From NCBI GenBank assembly GCA_044371145.1, contig JBILUI010000002.1, positions 1 to 50,836 of the forward strand: DNA of 50,836 bases, given 5' to 3'. Below, one piece after another: positions 12,456 to 21,850 of the stretch (the stretch's first letter is position 1; the number at the start of each line of letters is the position of its first letter). The notes under the pieces are model-generated. The model saw only the letters and a program-made list of their open reading frames with translations, had not been told where the DNA came from and ran no database searches. The translations under genes and the position numbers were made by a program. Origin of the DNA: Chthoniobacterales bacterium. GTDB lineage: Bacteria > Verrucomicrobiota > Verrucomicrobiia > Chthoniobacterales > JACTMZ01.

Positions 12456-13835
12456 ATGATCTCCCAAAGGGAAAAAGGCATTTATTTTTGGTTCAGTCTG
12501 GCGCAGATCGCGCTGGCTGGTCTGCTTTTCGGCGCGTTTTACGCGATCAACGACCAGATTCGCGTGACGTGGCTGGCCGCGCCGGGGGCGTATCTGCAAC
12601 TGCTCAGTGTCATGGTGCTGGCCTTGGTGGGCGAGGCGGCCCTGCGTCCCGATGCCATGCGGGCGAATGCCGGCCGCGCACCTCGCCGGATGGCGATGAG
12701 CACGAGCCGTCGCCAATTGCTCTGGCTGATCGCGGGATTCAGTATCTTTTTGGTCCTGACGCGTGACACAAGCATTTCGCGCGTGTTCTTGGTCGGAATC
12801 TCAGTGCTGAGCTATCCGCTCTTTTATTACACGAACCGCAACGGCAGGCGCTGGCTGCACCGCATTTTTCCCTCGAGTGTGCTGCGTCTCAAGTTGCGCA
12901 CGGTGGTGCTCGGCTCGCGCGAGTGGTGCGACTCTATCCAGGACCGTCTGGAGGACTTTCGCGAGCACTTCGAGACGCAGGAGCCGCTGATCTGCGGCCC
13001 GGGCGAGAAGTCAGAAGACGTGCTATCCAAGGTCGCGGAGCGCAATCCCGACCTCCTGGTTTTTCCCTCGCGCGAGCTTCCATACGAAACGGTGACACAG
13101 CTCTTGGCCATGGGAGATCGCCGCGGATTCCGTTGCTGGATCCCGGTGGAAATGTCGCGCCAGCACGGCCGGCGCTTCGAGGTGCAGGATCTTGCGGGCC
13201 TTTCCGTGCTCTCGCCGCCCTCCATGCCCTTGGCCCTGAGCTACAACCGGACGATGAAACGGGCCTTCGATGTAGCGGTCAGCGTCGCGGTGATCCCGGC
13301 AATCGTCCTGCCGCTCATGGCGGTGGTTGCCGTCATCCAGCGCATCAATTCGCCGGGGCCGCTTTTCTTCCGTCAGAACCGCGTCGGCGAGAACGGAAAG
13401 ATTTTCGAGATCCTCAAGTTCCGCACAATGCGCGTAGACAATGATGACGAGGCGCGGCAAGCCTCGGCGGAGGATGATCGCATCTACCGCGGAGGGCGCT
13501 GGCTGCGGAGATTGAGCGTGGATGAGTTTCCGCAATTCTTCAATGTGCTGCTCGGCGACATGAGCGTGGTCGGGCCGCGCCCGCACATGATGGAGCACGA
13601 GCGGGAGTTCGAGAAATTCCACGAACTCTACGGAAGCCGCCGCTATGTGAAGCCGGGGGTCACGGGGCTGGCTCAGGTGGAGGGTTACCGCGGTGAGGTG
13701 AAGGGGGCCAAGGACGTCCGCGGGCGGGCGCGCTACGATCTCTTTTACGCGAAGCATTGGTGCCTGGGGCTGGACTTCCGGTTGGCCATGCAAACGGTGC
13801 TGCATCTGATCAAGCCTCCGGCCAAGGCTTACTAA
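12456..13835 (+). CDS. Polyprenyl-phosphate hexose-1-phosphate transferase (WcaJ/WbaP-type priming sugar transferase)
   Basis: 459 aa. N-terminal TM segments, then the C-terminal bacterial sugar transferase domain: KRAFDVAVS..., GPLFFRQNRVGENGKIFEILKFRTM, DEFPQFFNVLLGDMSVVGPRPH, PGVTGLAQV. Confidence 0.9.
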   Translation: MISQREKGIYFWFSLAQIALAGLLFGAFYAINDQIRVTWLAAPGAYLQLLSVMVLALVGEAALRPDAMRANAGRAPRRMAMSTSRRQLLWLIAGFSIFLVLTRDTSISRVFLVGISVLSYPLFYYTNRNGRRWLHRIFPSSVLRLKLRTVVLGSREWCDSIQDRLEDFREHFETQEPLICGPGEKSEDVLSKVAERNPDLLVFPSRELPYETVTQLLAMGDRRGFRCWIPVEMSRQHGRRFEVQDLAGLSVLSPPSMPLALSYNRTMKRAFDVAVSVAVIPAIVLPLMAVVAVIQRINSPGPLFFRQNRVGENGKIFEILKFRTMRVDNDDEARQASAEDDRIYRGGRWLRRLSVDEFPQFFNVLLGDMSVVGPRPHMMEHEREFEKFHELYGSRRYVKPGVTGLAQVEGYRGEVKGAKDVRGRARYDLFYAKHWCLGLDFRLAMQTVLHLIKPPAKAY

Positions 13836-14089
13836 AAGGCTTACTAAATGCCGAGGGTGGCGGCCCGCTGAGCCAGCGGGCCCTACCGGCACTGAGTCAT
13901 GAGGGGCCTAAGGCCACCGACTGCTAGTCGCTGCTGCAGGGGCAAGGACTGGGCTTCTGCGGGGGCCGGAGGGCTTGCTCCAGAGTGGCACCCCCACAGA
14001 TTTTTCCCCGCGCAAGTTAAATTGAACGATCGTTTGGAACGGCTGTCAGAATCCATGTCGCCATTAACCACCCGGCGGCACCAAACAAA

Positions 14090-14941
14090 ATGGAATCCCC
14101 TGACAGCAACATCGGCCTTTATCTCCGCGAGATAAGCCAAGTTCCGCTCCTGACTCCGGCGGAGGAAATCAAGCTTGCTGGCCAGATCAAGCGCGGCAAC
14201 AAGCGCGCCCGCGAGCAAATGATCAAGGCGAACCTGCGCCTGGTCGTGAAGATCGCCAACGATTTCAGCACTTTCGGGTTGCCCCTTTTGGATCTCATCT
14301 CCGAGGGAAACATCGGCCTGATGAAAGCCGTCGAGAGATTCGATCCCAAGAAAGGCGGAAAGCTGAGCACTTACGCTTCTTGGTGGATCAAGCAATCAAT
14401 CAAGCGCGCCCTGGCCAACCAGAGCAAGACGATCCGCCTGCCCGTCCATTTGGTCGACAAGATCGGCAAGATCCGCCGCGTGGCCGCGCGCATGACCGAG
14501 GAACTCGGCCGCGAACCGACGAGCGAGGAACTGGCGGACGAACTCGGTCTTGCTGTCGCCAAGGTATCGCATCTCAAAAATGTGGCGGTGCGTCCGGCCT
14601 CGCTCGACGCCCGCATCAATGCGGACGACGAGACGCCGTTCGGTGACTTGGTGAGCGACGAAAAGGCGGAGGATCCCTTTGCCGCGCTGCGCGACAAGGA
14701 TCTGCGCGACGAAATCGTCGAACTGCTCGACGTGCTCGATGTGCGCGAACGCCGCATCATCGCCTACCGCTTCGGCTTGGGCGGCGGACGCGAGCGCACC
14801 CTCGAGGAAGTGGGCAAGAAGTTCGGCGTGACGCGCGAGCGGATCCGCCAACTCCAAAACATCGCGCTGCTCAAGATGCGCAAGGCATTGCGCAAGCGAG
14901 AGGAGTTGAAGCTTCCCACAGCGGAGCCGGTCGGGGTTTAG
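14090..14941 (+). CDS. Sigma-70 family RNA polymerase sigma factor (RpoD/RpoS-like, short form)
   Basis: Region 1.2 LYLREISQVPLLT. Region 2 NLRLVVKIA...DLISEGNIGLMKAVERFD...KLSTYASWWIKQSI. Region 3 IRLPVHLV. Region 4 RERRIIAYRFGL...TLEEVGKKFGVTRERIRQLQNIALLKMR. Confidence 0.9.
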   Translation: MESPDSNIGLYLREISQVPLLTPAEEIKLAGQIKRGNKRAREQMIKANLRLVVKIANDFSTFGLPLLDLISEGNIGLMKAVERFDPKKGGKLSTYASWWIKQSIKRALANQSKTIRLPVHLVDKIGKIRRVAARMTEELGREPTSEELADELGLAVAKVSHLKNVAVRPASLDARINADDETPFGDLVSDEKAEDPFAALRDKDLRDEIVELLDVLDVRERRIIAYRFGLGGGRERTLEEVGKKFGVTRERIRQLQNIALLKMRKALRKREELKLPTAEPVGV

Positions 14942-14967
14942 CCGGCTTCCGCAGGATTTGGCAGAAA

Positions 14968-15004
14968 GACGGGTCCGTCGGCTGGGGTTGCCGGCGGGCC
15001 CGTC
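14968..15004. terminator. Long GC hairpin between convergent sigma-factor and pyk genes (possible bidirectional terminator)
   Basis: GACGGGTCCGTCGGC-TGGGGTT-GCCGGCGGGCCCGTC. The stem is 15 bp including 2 G-T wobbles. There is only a weak T-run (GCAGTTT) downstream. Confidence 0.45.
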
Positions 15005-15010
15005 GCAGTT

Positions 15011-16444
15011 TCAGGGAACGATGCGCAGCTGGACCGATTCGTGGCGGCGGTCGCCCTCCACAATGTCCGTGACGACGACGAGGTGATCACCGGATTCGAC
15101 GAGGCCCTTGAGAAGAAGGGCGGCTTCGGCCTCGAAAACATTTTTGGCCGGGTCGTCTTGGAAGCCCATGCGCTGGGCAAAGACTCCGTAGGGCAGGGCA
15201 AGTTGGCGCACAACGTTCTCGTGAGGCGAGAATGCATAGATCGTGGCGTGCAAAGGGCGCAGGTGGGCCACGTAGCGGGCCATGTTCCCGTGCTGGGTGA
15301 AGACGACGATCTTGGATTGGGGGAAGCTGTTGGCGAGGCTGACAGCTGCCGCCACGGTTTTCTGGCGCGGACCATCGACAATGGCCTCGCGGGCGAACCC
15401 CGCACCGCCGCTGCGTTCAATGCGGCGCGCCACGCGGTCGAATGTTTCCACGCACTGCACGGGGTATTTGCCGACGCTGGTTTCACCGCTGAGCATGATG
15501 GCGTCGGCCTGCTCGTAAATGGCGTTGGCCACATCGGTGACCTCGGCGCGGGTGGGGAGGGGGTTGGTGATCATCGACTCGAGCATGTGGGTGGCGACGA
15601 TAACCGGCTTGCCGACTTTGATGCAGGACTTGACGATGCGGCGCTGGATGATGGGCAGTTCCTCCATCGGGCATTCGATGCCGAGGTCGCCGCGCGCGAC
15701 CATGACGGCGTCGGCGGCGGAGATGATGTCCTGGACAAATTTGACCGCGTGCTGGTCCTCGATCTTGGCGATGATCTTGGCTTCACTGCCGAGCCGCTTG
15801 ATTTCCGCGCGCATGGCTTCGACGTCGGATTTTTCCCGGCAAAAACTGAGGGCGAAGTAATCGACGTCCATCTCCGCGCCGACCGCTATATCCTTGAGAT
15901 CTTTCGCGGTGAGGGGCGGGAGGTTGACCTTCACGCCCGGGAGGTTGATATGGCGGCGGGAACCGAGCACGCCCTGGGTGAGGACTTCGCAGCGGATGCG
16001 GTTGTCTTTTTTTCCGAGAACCTTCATGTGGATGTTGCCGTTGTCCACCATCACGACGTCGCCCTCGGAAATGTCGTCGATGAGTCCGTCGTAGTTCACG
16101 TCCACGGAATACTCCTCCTCGCTGCGTGCGCCGCGGACGGTGAACTCGACGATGTCGCCCGGTTTGAGGTCCAGCTTGGTGGCCAAGTCGCCCGTGCGGA
16201 TGGCGGGTCCCTGGGTATCCATCATGATGGCGATGTTCGTCTTGCTCTGGCGGGCCACCTCGCGGATGCGCGGCACCACGGCGCGGACCCAATCGTGGGC
16301 ACCATGGCTCATATTGAGGCGGAAGACATTGGCTCCCGCCGCGATAAGGGCGGCCAGCATTTCCGGGGAGTCCGTGGCCGGGCCGAGGGTGCAGACGATT
16401 TTGGTTTTGCGCATAAACGAGGAAAGGCGGGGCGGGTGCGTCAT
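15011..16444 (-). CDS. pyk: Pyruvate kinase
   Basis: RKTKIVCTLGPAT, NMSHG, MVARGDLGIE, ATHMLESM. The start is at Met 16444 or 16414. The longer track ORF to 16531 would overlap the acnA start. Confidence 0.9.
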   Translation of the reverse strand: MTHPPRLSSFMRKTKIVCTLGPATDSPEMLAALIAAGANVFRLNMSHGAHDWVRAVVPRIREVARQSKTNIAIMMDTQGPAIRTGDLATKLDLKPGDIVEFTVRGARSEEEYSVDVNYDGLIDDISEGDVVMVDNGNIHMKVLGKKDNRIRCEVLTQGVLGSRRHINLPGVKVNLPPLTAKDLKDIAVGAEMDVDYFALSFCREKSDVEAMRAEIKRLGSEAKIIAKIEDQHAVKFVQDIISAADAVMVARGDLGIECPMEELPIIQRRIVKSCIKVGKPVIVATHMLESMITNPLPTRAEVTDVANAIYEQADAIMLSGETSVGKYPVQCVETFDRVARRIERSGGAGFAREAIVDGPRQKTVAAAVSLANSFPQSKIVVFTQHGNMARYVAHLRPLHATIYAFSPHENVVRQLALPYGVFAQRMGFQDDPAKNVFEAEAALLLKGLVESGDHLVVVTDIVEGDRRHESVQLRIVP

Positions 16445-16519
16445 GGCAAGAGGAAGTTCTGCACGGACCACACAGATTGAACTTGCCCGCGAGCCGCCGT
16501 CTCGTTTTTCTGGCCGGCT

Positions 16520-19336
16520 GTGAAAGATCATTTCGGAGCGTTACGCCGGTTCCAGCCGGATGAAAAATCGGAAGCTTGGTATTACTCGCTGCCCGCGCTC
16601 GAGGCGGAAGGGTTGGGGAAAATTTCCCGGCTTCCGGTGAGCATCCGTATCGTGCTCGAGTCGGTGCTTCGGAATTGCGACGGACGCAAGGTCCGCCCCG
16701 AAGACGTGCGCGCCCTTGCCGCATGGAACGCAAAAAAGCCGGCCGCAGAGGAAATTCCCTTTGTCGTCGCGCGCATTGTTTTGCAGGACTTCACCGGGGT
16801 GCCGCTCCTCGTTGATCTGGCGGCCATGCGCAATGCGGTGGCCGCGGCGGGGAAGGATCCGGCCATGATCGAGCCACTCGTGCCGGTCGACTTGGTGGTC
16901 GACCACTCCGTGCAGGTGGACTTTTTCGGCAGTGCCGATGCCTTGCGGCTGAATTTGGACATGGAGTTCAAGCGCAACCGCGAGCGTTACCAATTTCTCA
17001 AATGGGGCCAGCAGGCCTTCAAGACCTTCGGTGTTGTGCCGCCCGGCATCGGCATTGTTCACCAGGTGAACCTGGAATACCTGGCCAAAGGCGTCCTTGC
17101 GCAGCACTGGGAAGGATCGAAGCTCTACTTTCCGGACACCTTGGTCGGCACCGATTCGCACACCACGATGATCAACGGTCTCGGAGTCGTCGGGTGGGGG
17201 GTGGGCGGCATCGAGGCCGAGGCGGGCATGCTCGGTCAGCCCGTTTATTTCCTCACGCCCGAGGTTGTCGGCGTCCATATGACCGGACGCCTGCGCGAGG
17301 GCGTCACGGCGACCGACCTTGCCCTCCATGTCACGGAGTTGCTGCGCAAAACGAAGGTGGTCGGCAAGTTTGTCGAATTCTACGGCGAAGGGGCAGCGTC
17401 CTTGCCACTGCCCGACCGGGCAACGATCGCCAACATGGCGCCCGAATACGGGGCGACCATGGGTTATTTCCCGGTGGACGAAGAGTCGGTCAATTACCTG
17501 CGCGCCACCGGCCGCACGGAAGAGCAATGCGCCGCGTTTCGCGCTTACTTCGAAGCGCAGCAGATGTTCGGGATTCCTCGCAAAGGCGACGTGGACTACA
17601 GCGTCGAACTTGATCTGGATCTGACCTCGGTGCAACCCGGTGTGGCCGGTCCCAAACGTCCGCAGGACCGCATCAATCTCCCCGATCTCAAGAGCACCTT
17701 CCTCGGACTTCTGGAAAAACCGGTGGCCGATGGCGGCTACAACAAGCCGGCTGACGGACGCGGAAAACCAGCCGAGGTCAAAGTCCAGCACCCGCGTTTC
17801 CAAATTCCGGCCGACGAAAAGAAGCAGGTCGAGGAAATGGAAGAGGATCGTCCCACGCCGGACAATGTGACCGGGCGCAAGGGCAACGGGTCCGCTTCGC
17901 TCGATCACGGCAGTGTAGTCATCGCAGCGATCACCAGCTGCACGAACACGAGCAACCCAAGCGTGATGATCGGCGCGGGCCTCTTGGCCAAGAAGGCCGT
18001 CGAACGCGGGCTGCACGTCTCTCCCGCGGTGAAGACCTCGTTGGCTCCCGGTTCACGCGTGGTGCAGGACTATCTGGCCACGACAGGGCTCCAACCCTAT
18101 CTCGACAAACTCGGATTCCAGATCGTCGGCTACGGGTGCACGACGTGCATCGGCAATTCGGGTCCGCTGCCGCAGGCCGTTGAGGAGGCGATCACGGGAC
18201 ACGATCTCGTGGCCGCGTCCGTGCTATCGGGCAACCGCAACTTCGAGGCGCGCGTGCACCAAAACGTCAAAGCGAACTTCCTCATGTCCCCGCCATTGGT
18301 CGTAGCCTTCGCCTTGGCCGGACGCGTCGATATCGACCTGAGCAAGGAACCGCTGGGCAAAGACCAAGACGGCAAAGAGGTTTATCTTCGTGATCTCTGG
18401 CCGACGCTGGACGAGGTCCGAAACAGTATGCAGGCGGCGCTCAAGCCGGAGATCTTCCGCAAGCTTTACTCGGATTTCGCCGGGCAAAACCCGAAGTGGA
18501 ACGAGATTCCGGGCTCGGCCGGCCAGCTTTATTCGTGGGACGACAAGAGCACCTACATCCAAAACCCGCCGTTCTTCGAAAACTTCTCCATGCACCCCGG
18601 GAAGATCGCTGACATCAAGGGTGCGCGGCCGCTCGGTATTTTCGGTGACTCAGTCACTACGGACCACATTTCACCGGCCGGCGCAATCAAAGCAGCGTCT
18701 CCGGCGGGGAAATATCTGGTCGAACACGGCGTCGAGCCGGCCGATTTCAACAGCTACGGTTCGCGCCGCGGCAACGACCGCATCATGACCCGCGGGACTT
18801 TCGCCAATGTCCGCATCAAGAACCTCATGGTTCCGGGTGTGGAGGGTGGGGTGACCAAGCACTTCGCCAAGGCAGCCAAAGACGGTGAGGTCATGGCCAT
18901 CTACGATGCGGCCATGAAATACAAAGAGGCGAAAACTCCCCTCGTCGTTCTGGCTGGTCAGGAATACGGGACGGGCTCGAGTCGCGATTGGGCAGCCAAG
19001 GGCACGATGCTTCTCGGTGTGAAGACGGTGGTGGCGCAGAGCTATGAGCGCATCCATCGCTCGAACTTGGTCGGCATGGGCGTTCTTCCGCTGCAATTCG
19101 AAGAAGGAACCAGCGCACAAATGCTGGGACTGGATGGATCGGAAACATTCGACGTGCTCGGACTATCGGACAACGTGAAGCCGCGGCAAAAGTTGACCCT
19201 GCGCATCACCAAATCCGATGGCGGGACGCAGGACATTCCGGTCACGTTGCGTATCGATACGCCGATAGAGGTCGAATACTACCGGCACGGCGGCATCCTG
19301 CCGTTTGTGTTGCGGGAGTTGATGGCGGCGGCTTGA
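16520..19336 (+). CDS. acnA: Aconitate hydratase A
   Basis: 938 aa. [57 protein letters not shown] start. Confidence 0.95.
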   Translation: MKDHFGALRRFQPDEKSEAWYYSLPALEAEGLGKISRLPVSIRIVLESVLRNCDGRKVRPEDVRALAAWNAKKPAAEEIPFVVARIVLQDFTGVPLLVDLAAMRNAVAAAGKDPAMIEPLVPVDLVVDHSVQVDFFGSADALRLNLDMEFKRNRERYQFLKWGQQAFKTFGVVPPGIGIVHQVNLEYLAKGVLAQHWEGSKLYFPDTLVGTDSHTTMINGLGVVGWGVGGIEAEAGMLGQPVYFLTPEVVGVHMTGRLREGVTATDLALHVTELLRKTKVVGKFVEFYGEGAASLPLPDRATIANMAPEYGATMGYFPVDEESVNYLRATGRTEEQCAAFRAYFEAQQMFGIPRKGDVDYSVELDLDLTSVQPGVAGPKRPQDRINLPDLKSTFLGLLEKPVADGGYNKPADGRGKPAEVKVQHPRFQIPADEKKQVEEMEEDRPTPDNVTGRKGNGSASLDHGSVVIAAITSCTNTSNPSVMIGAGLLAKKAVERGLHVSPAVKTSLAPGSRVVQDYLATTGLQPYLDKLGFQIVGYGCTTCIGNSGPLPQAVEEAITGHDLVAASVLSGNRNFEARVHQNVKANFLMSPPLVVAFALAGRVDIDLSKEPLGKDQDGKEVYLRDLWPTLDEVRNSMQAALKPEIFRKLYSDFAGQNPKWNEIPGSAGQLYSWDDKSTYIQNPPFFENFSMHPGKIADIKGARPLGIFGDSVTTDHISPAGAIKAASPAGKYLVEHGVEPADFNSYGSRRGNDRIMTRGTFANVRIKNLMVPGVEGGVTKHFAKAAKDGEVMAIYDAAMKYKEAKTPLVVLAGQEYGTGSSRDWAAKGTMLLGVKTVVAQSYERIHRSNLVGMGVLPLQFEEGTSAQMLGLDGSETFDVLGLSDNVKPRQKLTLRITKSDGGTQDIPVTLRIDTPIEVEYYRHGGILPFVLRELMAAA

Positions 19337-21127
19337 TTAGCCGGCTTTCAGCACCTCGATAAAAGCTTCCTGCGGGATGTTGACCCGCCCGATGCTCTTC
19401 ATCCGCTTTTTGCCCTCTTTCTGTTTCTCGAGGAGTTTGCGTTTGCGCGTGATGTCACCGCCGTAGCATTTGGCAGTCACGTTTTTGCGCATGGCGCTGA
19501 CGCTTTCGCGGGCGATGATTTTGCCGCCGATCGCAGCCTGGATGGCGACTTGGTACAGCTGGGTGGGGATGACTTCTTTCAGTTTGGCTGCGAGCTGGCG
19601 TCCGCGGGCCTCGGCCTTGTCGCGGTGCACGATGGACGAGAAGGCGTCAACCCGCTCGCCGTTGACCAGGAGATCGAGTTTGACCAGTTTATCCGCGCGG
19701 GTGCCCATGTGCTCGTAGTCCATCGAGCCGTAGCCGCGGGTGATGCTCTTTATCTTGTCATTGAAGTCGACGAGGATTTCGTTGAGTGGCAACACGCAGG
19801 TGAGCATGACTCGGCGAGTGTCGAGCGACTCGGTGTGCTCGAGCTGCCCGCGCTTCTCCATGATGAGCTGCATGAGCGGGGAAATGTATTCATTGGGGAC
19901 CATGATAAAGCACTTCACCATGGGCTCGCGGATCTCCTCGATGACGCTGAAATCCGGGAGGTATTCCGGATTGTCCACGTGGAGAACCTCACCGTTGGTT
20001 TTGAGCACTTCGTAGATGACGGACGGATAAGTCGCGATGATGTCCATGTCGTATTCCCGGCGCAGCCGCTCGAGAATGATTTCCATGTGGAGAAGTCCGA
20101 GAAACCCGCAGCGGAAACCGAATCCAAGAGCCACGCTGCTTTCGGCTTGGTAGACGAAAGATGAGTCGTTGAGCTGCAGCTTGGCCATGGCGGCTTTGAG
20201 GTGCTCGAAATCCGCGGTGTTGATGGGATAGACGCCGCTGAACACCATCGGCTGGATTTCCTGGAAACCGGGCAGCGGTTCCGTGGCGGGGGAACGTGTG
20301 CCGGTGAGTGTGTCGCCGATTTTGATCTCGCTCGAGGTCTTGATGTTGGCGATGACGTAACCCGTGTCACCCGCTTCGAGGCTTTGGCGCGCTTCCATTT
20401 TGGGGGTGAAGACGCCGACCTCCTTCACCTCGTAAGGCCGGTTATTGCTCATCATCTTCACGCCGTCGCCGGCTTTGAGCGAACCGCTCATCATGCGGAC
20501 GTAGGTGACGACGCCGCGATACGAGTCGAAGGTTGAATCAAAAACGAGCCCCCGCACTTTGTCGTCCGGCCATTGGGTCGGCGGGGGGATGCGATGGATG
20601 ACGGCCTCCAAGATGTCCTCGATGCCGATCCCCGCCTTGGCGCTGGCGAGGATGGCTTCATCCGCCGGGATGGCGAGGATGTCCTCGAGTTGTCGTTTGA
20701 CCGTGGGGATATCCGCATTCGGCAGGTCGATTTTGTTGATCACCGGGACGATGGTGAGCCCCTGCTTGTTGGCCAGGTGCACGGTAGCCACGGTCTGAGC
20801 CTCGACGCCCTGCGCTGCGTCGACGATGACCAGGGCGCCCTCGCAGGCGGCCAGGGAGCGGGAGACTTCGTAGGCGAAGTCGACGTGTCCCGGTGTGTCG
20901 AGAAGGTTGAGTTTGTATTCCTGTCCATCCTTCGCTTTGTAGCGCATGGCAACGGGATGCATCTTGATGGTGATGCCGCGTTCCCGCTCGAGGTCCATCG
21001 AGTCGAGCAGCTGGTCCTGCTTTTCCCGCTCGGAAATGGTGCGCGTCGTCTCAAGCAGGCGATCGGACAGGGTCGTCTTCCCGTGATCGATGTGAGCGAT
21101 GATGCAAAAATTGCGCGTGTTCCGCAT
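19337..21127 (-). CDS. lepA: Elongation factor 4 (LepA)
   Basis: MRNTRNFCIIAHIDHGKTTLSDRLL, DTPGHVDF, and a conserved C-terminal domain ...YGGDITRKRKLLEKQKEGKKRMK. The start is set at Met 21127. The 115-aa upstream extension in the track is Ala/Arg-rich and spurious. Confidence 0.95.
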   Translation of the reverse strand: MRNTRNFCIIAHIDHGKTTLSDRLLETTRTISEREKQDQLLDSMDLERERGITIKMHPVAMRYKAKDGQEYKLNLLDTPGHVDFAYEVSRSLAACEGALVIVDAAQGVEAQTVATVHLANKQGLTIVPVINKIDLPNADIPTVKRQLEDILAIPADEAILASAKAGIGIEDILEAVIHRIPPPTQWPDDKVRGLVFDSTFDSYRGVVTYVRMMSGSLKAGDGVKMMSNNRPYEVKEVGVFTPKMEARQSLEAGDTGYVIANIKTSSEIKIGDTLTGTRSPATEPLPGFQEIQPMVFSGVYPINTADFEHLKAAMAKLQLNDSSFVYQAESSVALGFGFRCGFLGLLHMEIILERLRREYDMDIIATYPSVIYEVLKTNGEVLHVDNPEYLPDFSVIEEIREPMVKCFIMVPNEYISPLMQLIMEKRGQLEHTESLDTRRVMLTCVLPLNEILVDFNDKIKSITRGYGSMDYEHMGTRADKLVKLDLLVNGERVDAFSSIVHRDKAEARGRQLAAKLKEVIPTQLYQVAIQAAIGGKIIARESVSAMRKNVTAKCYGGDITRKRKLLEKQKEGKKRMKSIGRVNIPQEAFIEVLKAG

Positions 21128-21254
21128 GGCGTGAAACCGGTCAGTATTCCCGAGCCGCGGGTTGGGGTCAAACTCCGGTCGGGCCGATTGGCGGTTTGCG
21201 CCTCGGGCCAGCCTTGTGCAGGATACGCGTGTGCGCAGCGAAGGACGAAAAAAG

Positions 21255-21719
21255 ATGCTGATTGCCGCCGCCGTGGCGGTTCTGGCTCTCGCCCTGCCCC
21301 TTGCCCTCGCCGTGGTCGGCGGAATGAGGATCTGGGAGGAAACCCGCAGCACTCCGGCCGCCGAACCTGACACTTTTGGGCTGCGCGAGGCGGCGGAACG
21401 CGCGGCGGAGGCTGCTTTGCCTGTGCCGACTTTGGCGGCGAATGCGGAGACACTTGAGTGCGCGCCCGACACACTCGAGGCGGAGGTTCAGCGCGTGGTG
21501 CGCTTGGCCGGCGGGGTGGGTGGCGTGGCTTCGTCGTGGAATGATGGCCAAAGCGTCCGCATCATCGCCAAAATTCCGGCAGACACAGAGAGCATCTTCC
21601 GCGATGCTGTGAACAAAGGCATTTACGATTTGCAGATCGCCAAGACGACAACGCAGACCACCATCGTCGAGGTGTTGATCAAGCCCGCGGAGGCCGCAGC
21701 GACAGAAAAGCAGCGCTAG
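21255..21719 (+). CDS. Hypothetical membrane-anchored protein
   Basis: N-terminal hydrophobic helix MLIAAAVAVLALALPLALAVVGG. No recognised domain. Confidence 0.45.
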   Translation: MLIAAAVAVLALALPLALAVVGGMRIWEETRSTPAAEPDTFGLREAAERAAEAALPVPTLAANAETLECAPDTLEAEVQRVVRLAGGVGGVASSWNDGQSVRIIAKIPADTESIFRDAVNKGIYDLQIAKTTTQTTIVEVLIKPAEAAATEKQR

Positions 21720-21850
21720 GGCTTCGCGGGATTTTCAGGAGCATTTGCGCCGGACAGGCTTGTTTCGTACGACGGGAACGCGTCGGTCGTGCCCCCGTAA
21801 GCCAAGAGGCTCACTCAGGGCTGAGCGGCTACCGAATTTCTCAAACGGCG

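Noticed and set aside
15041-16480. Long antisense or shadow ORFs opposite housekeeping genes (for example 15041-16480, 16541-18016, 22619-24337, 25474-26625, 33736-34674, 45647-47230, 47246-48445, 48521-50083, 1372-2106, 8764-9318)
   Set aside because: This is the typical GC-rich shadow-frame artefact. The products are Arg/Ala/Gly/His-rich with no motifs, while the opposite strand encodes clearly recognisable conserved proteins.
21128-21472. N-terminal extensions of track ORFs (lepA to 21472, mlaD to 43217, mlaF to 44578, rfbD to 29427, pfp from 30584, ppdK from 45596, GH13 to 24664)
   Set aside because: The extensions are low-complexity, overlap neighbouring genes and precede canonical family N-termini that begin at internal Met or GTG codons.
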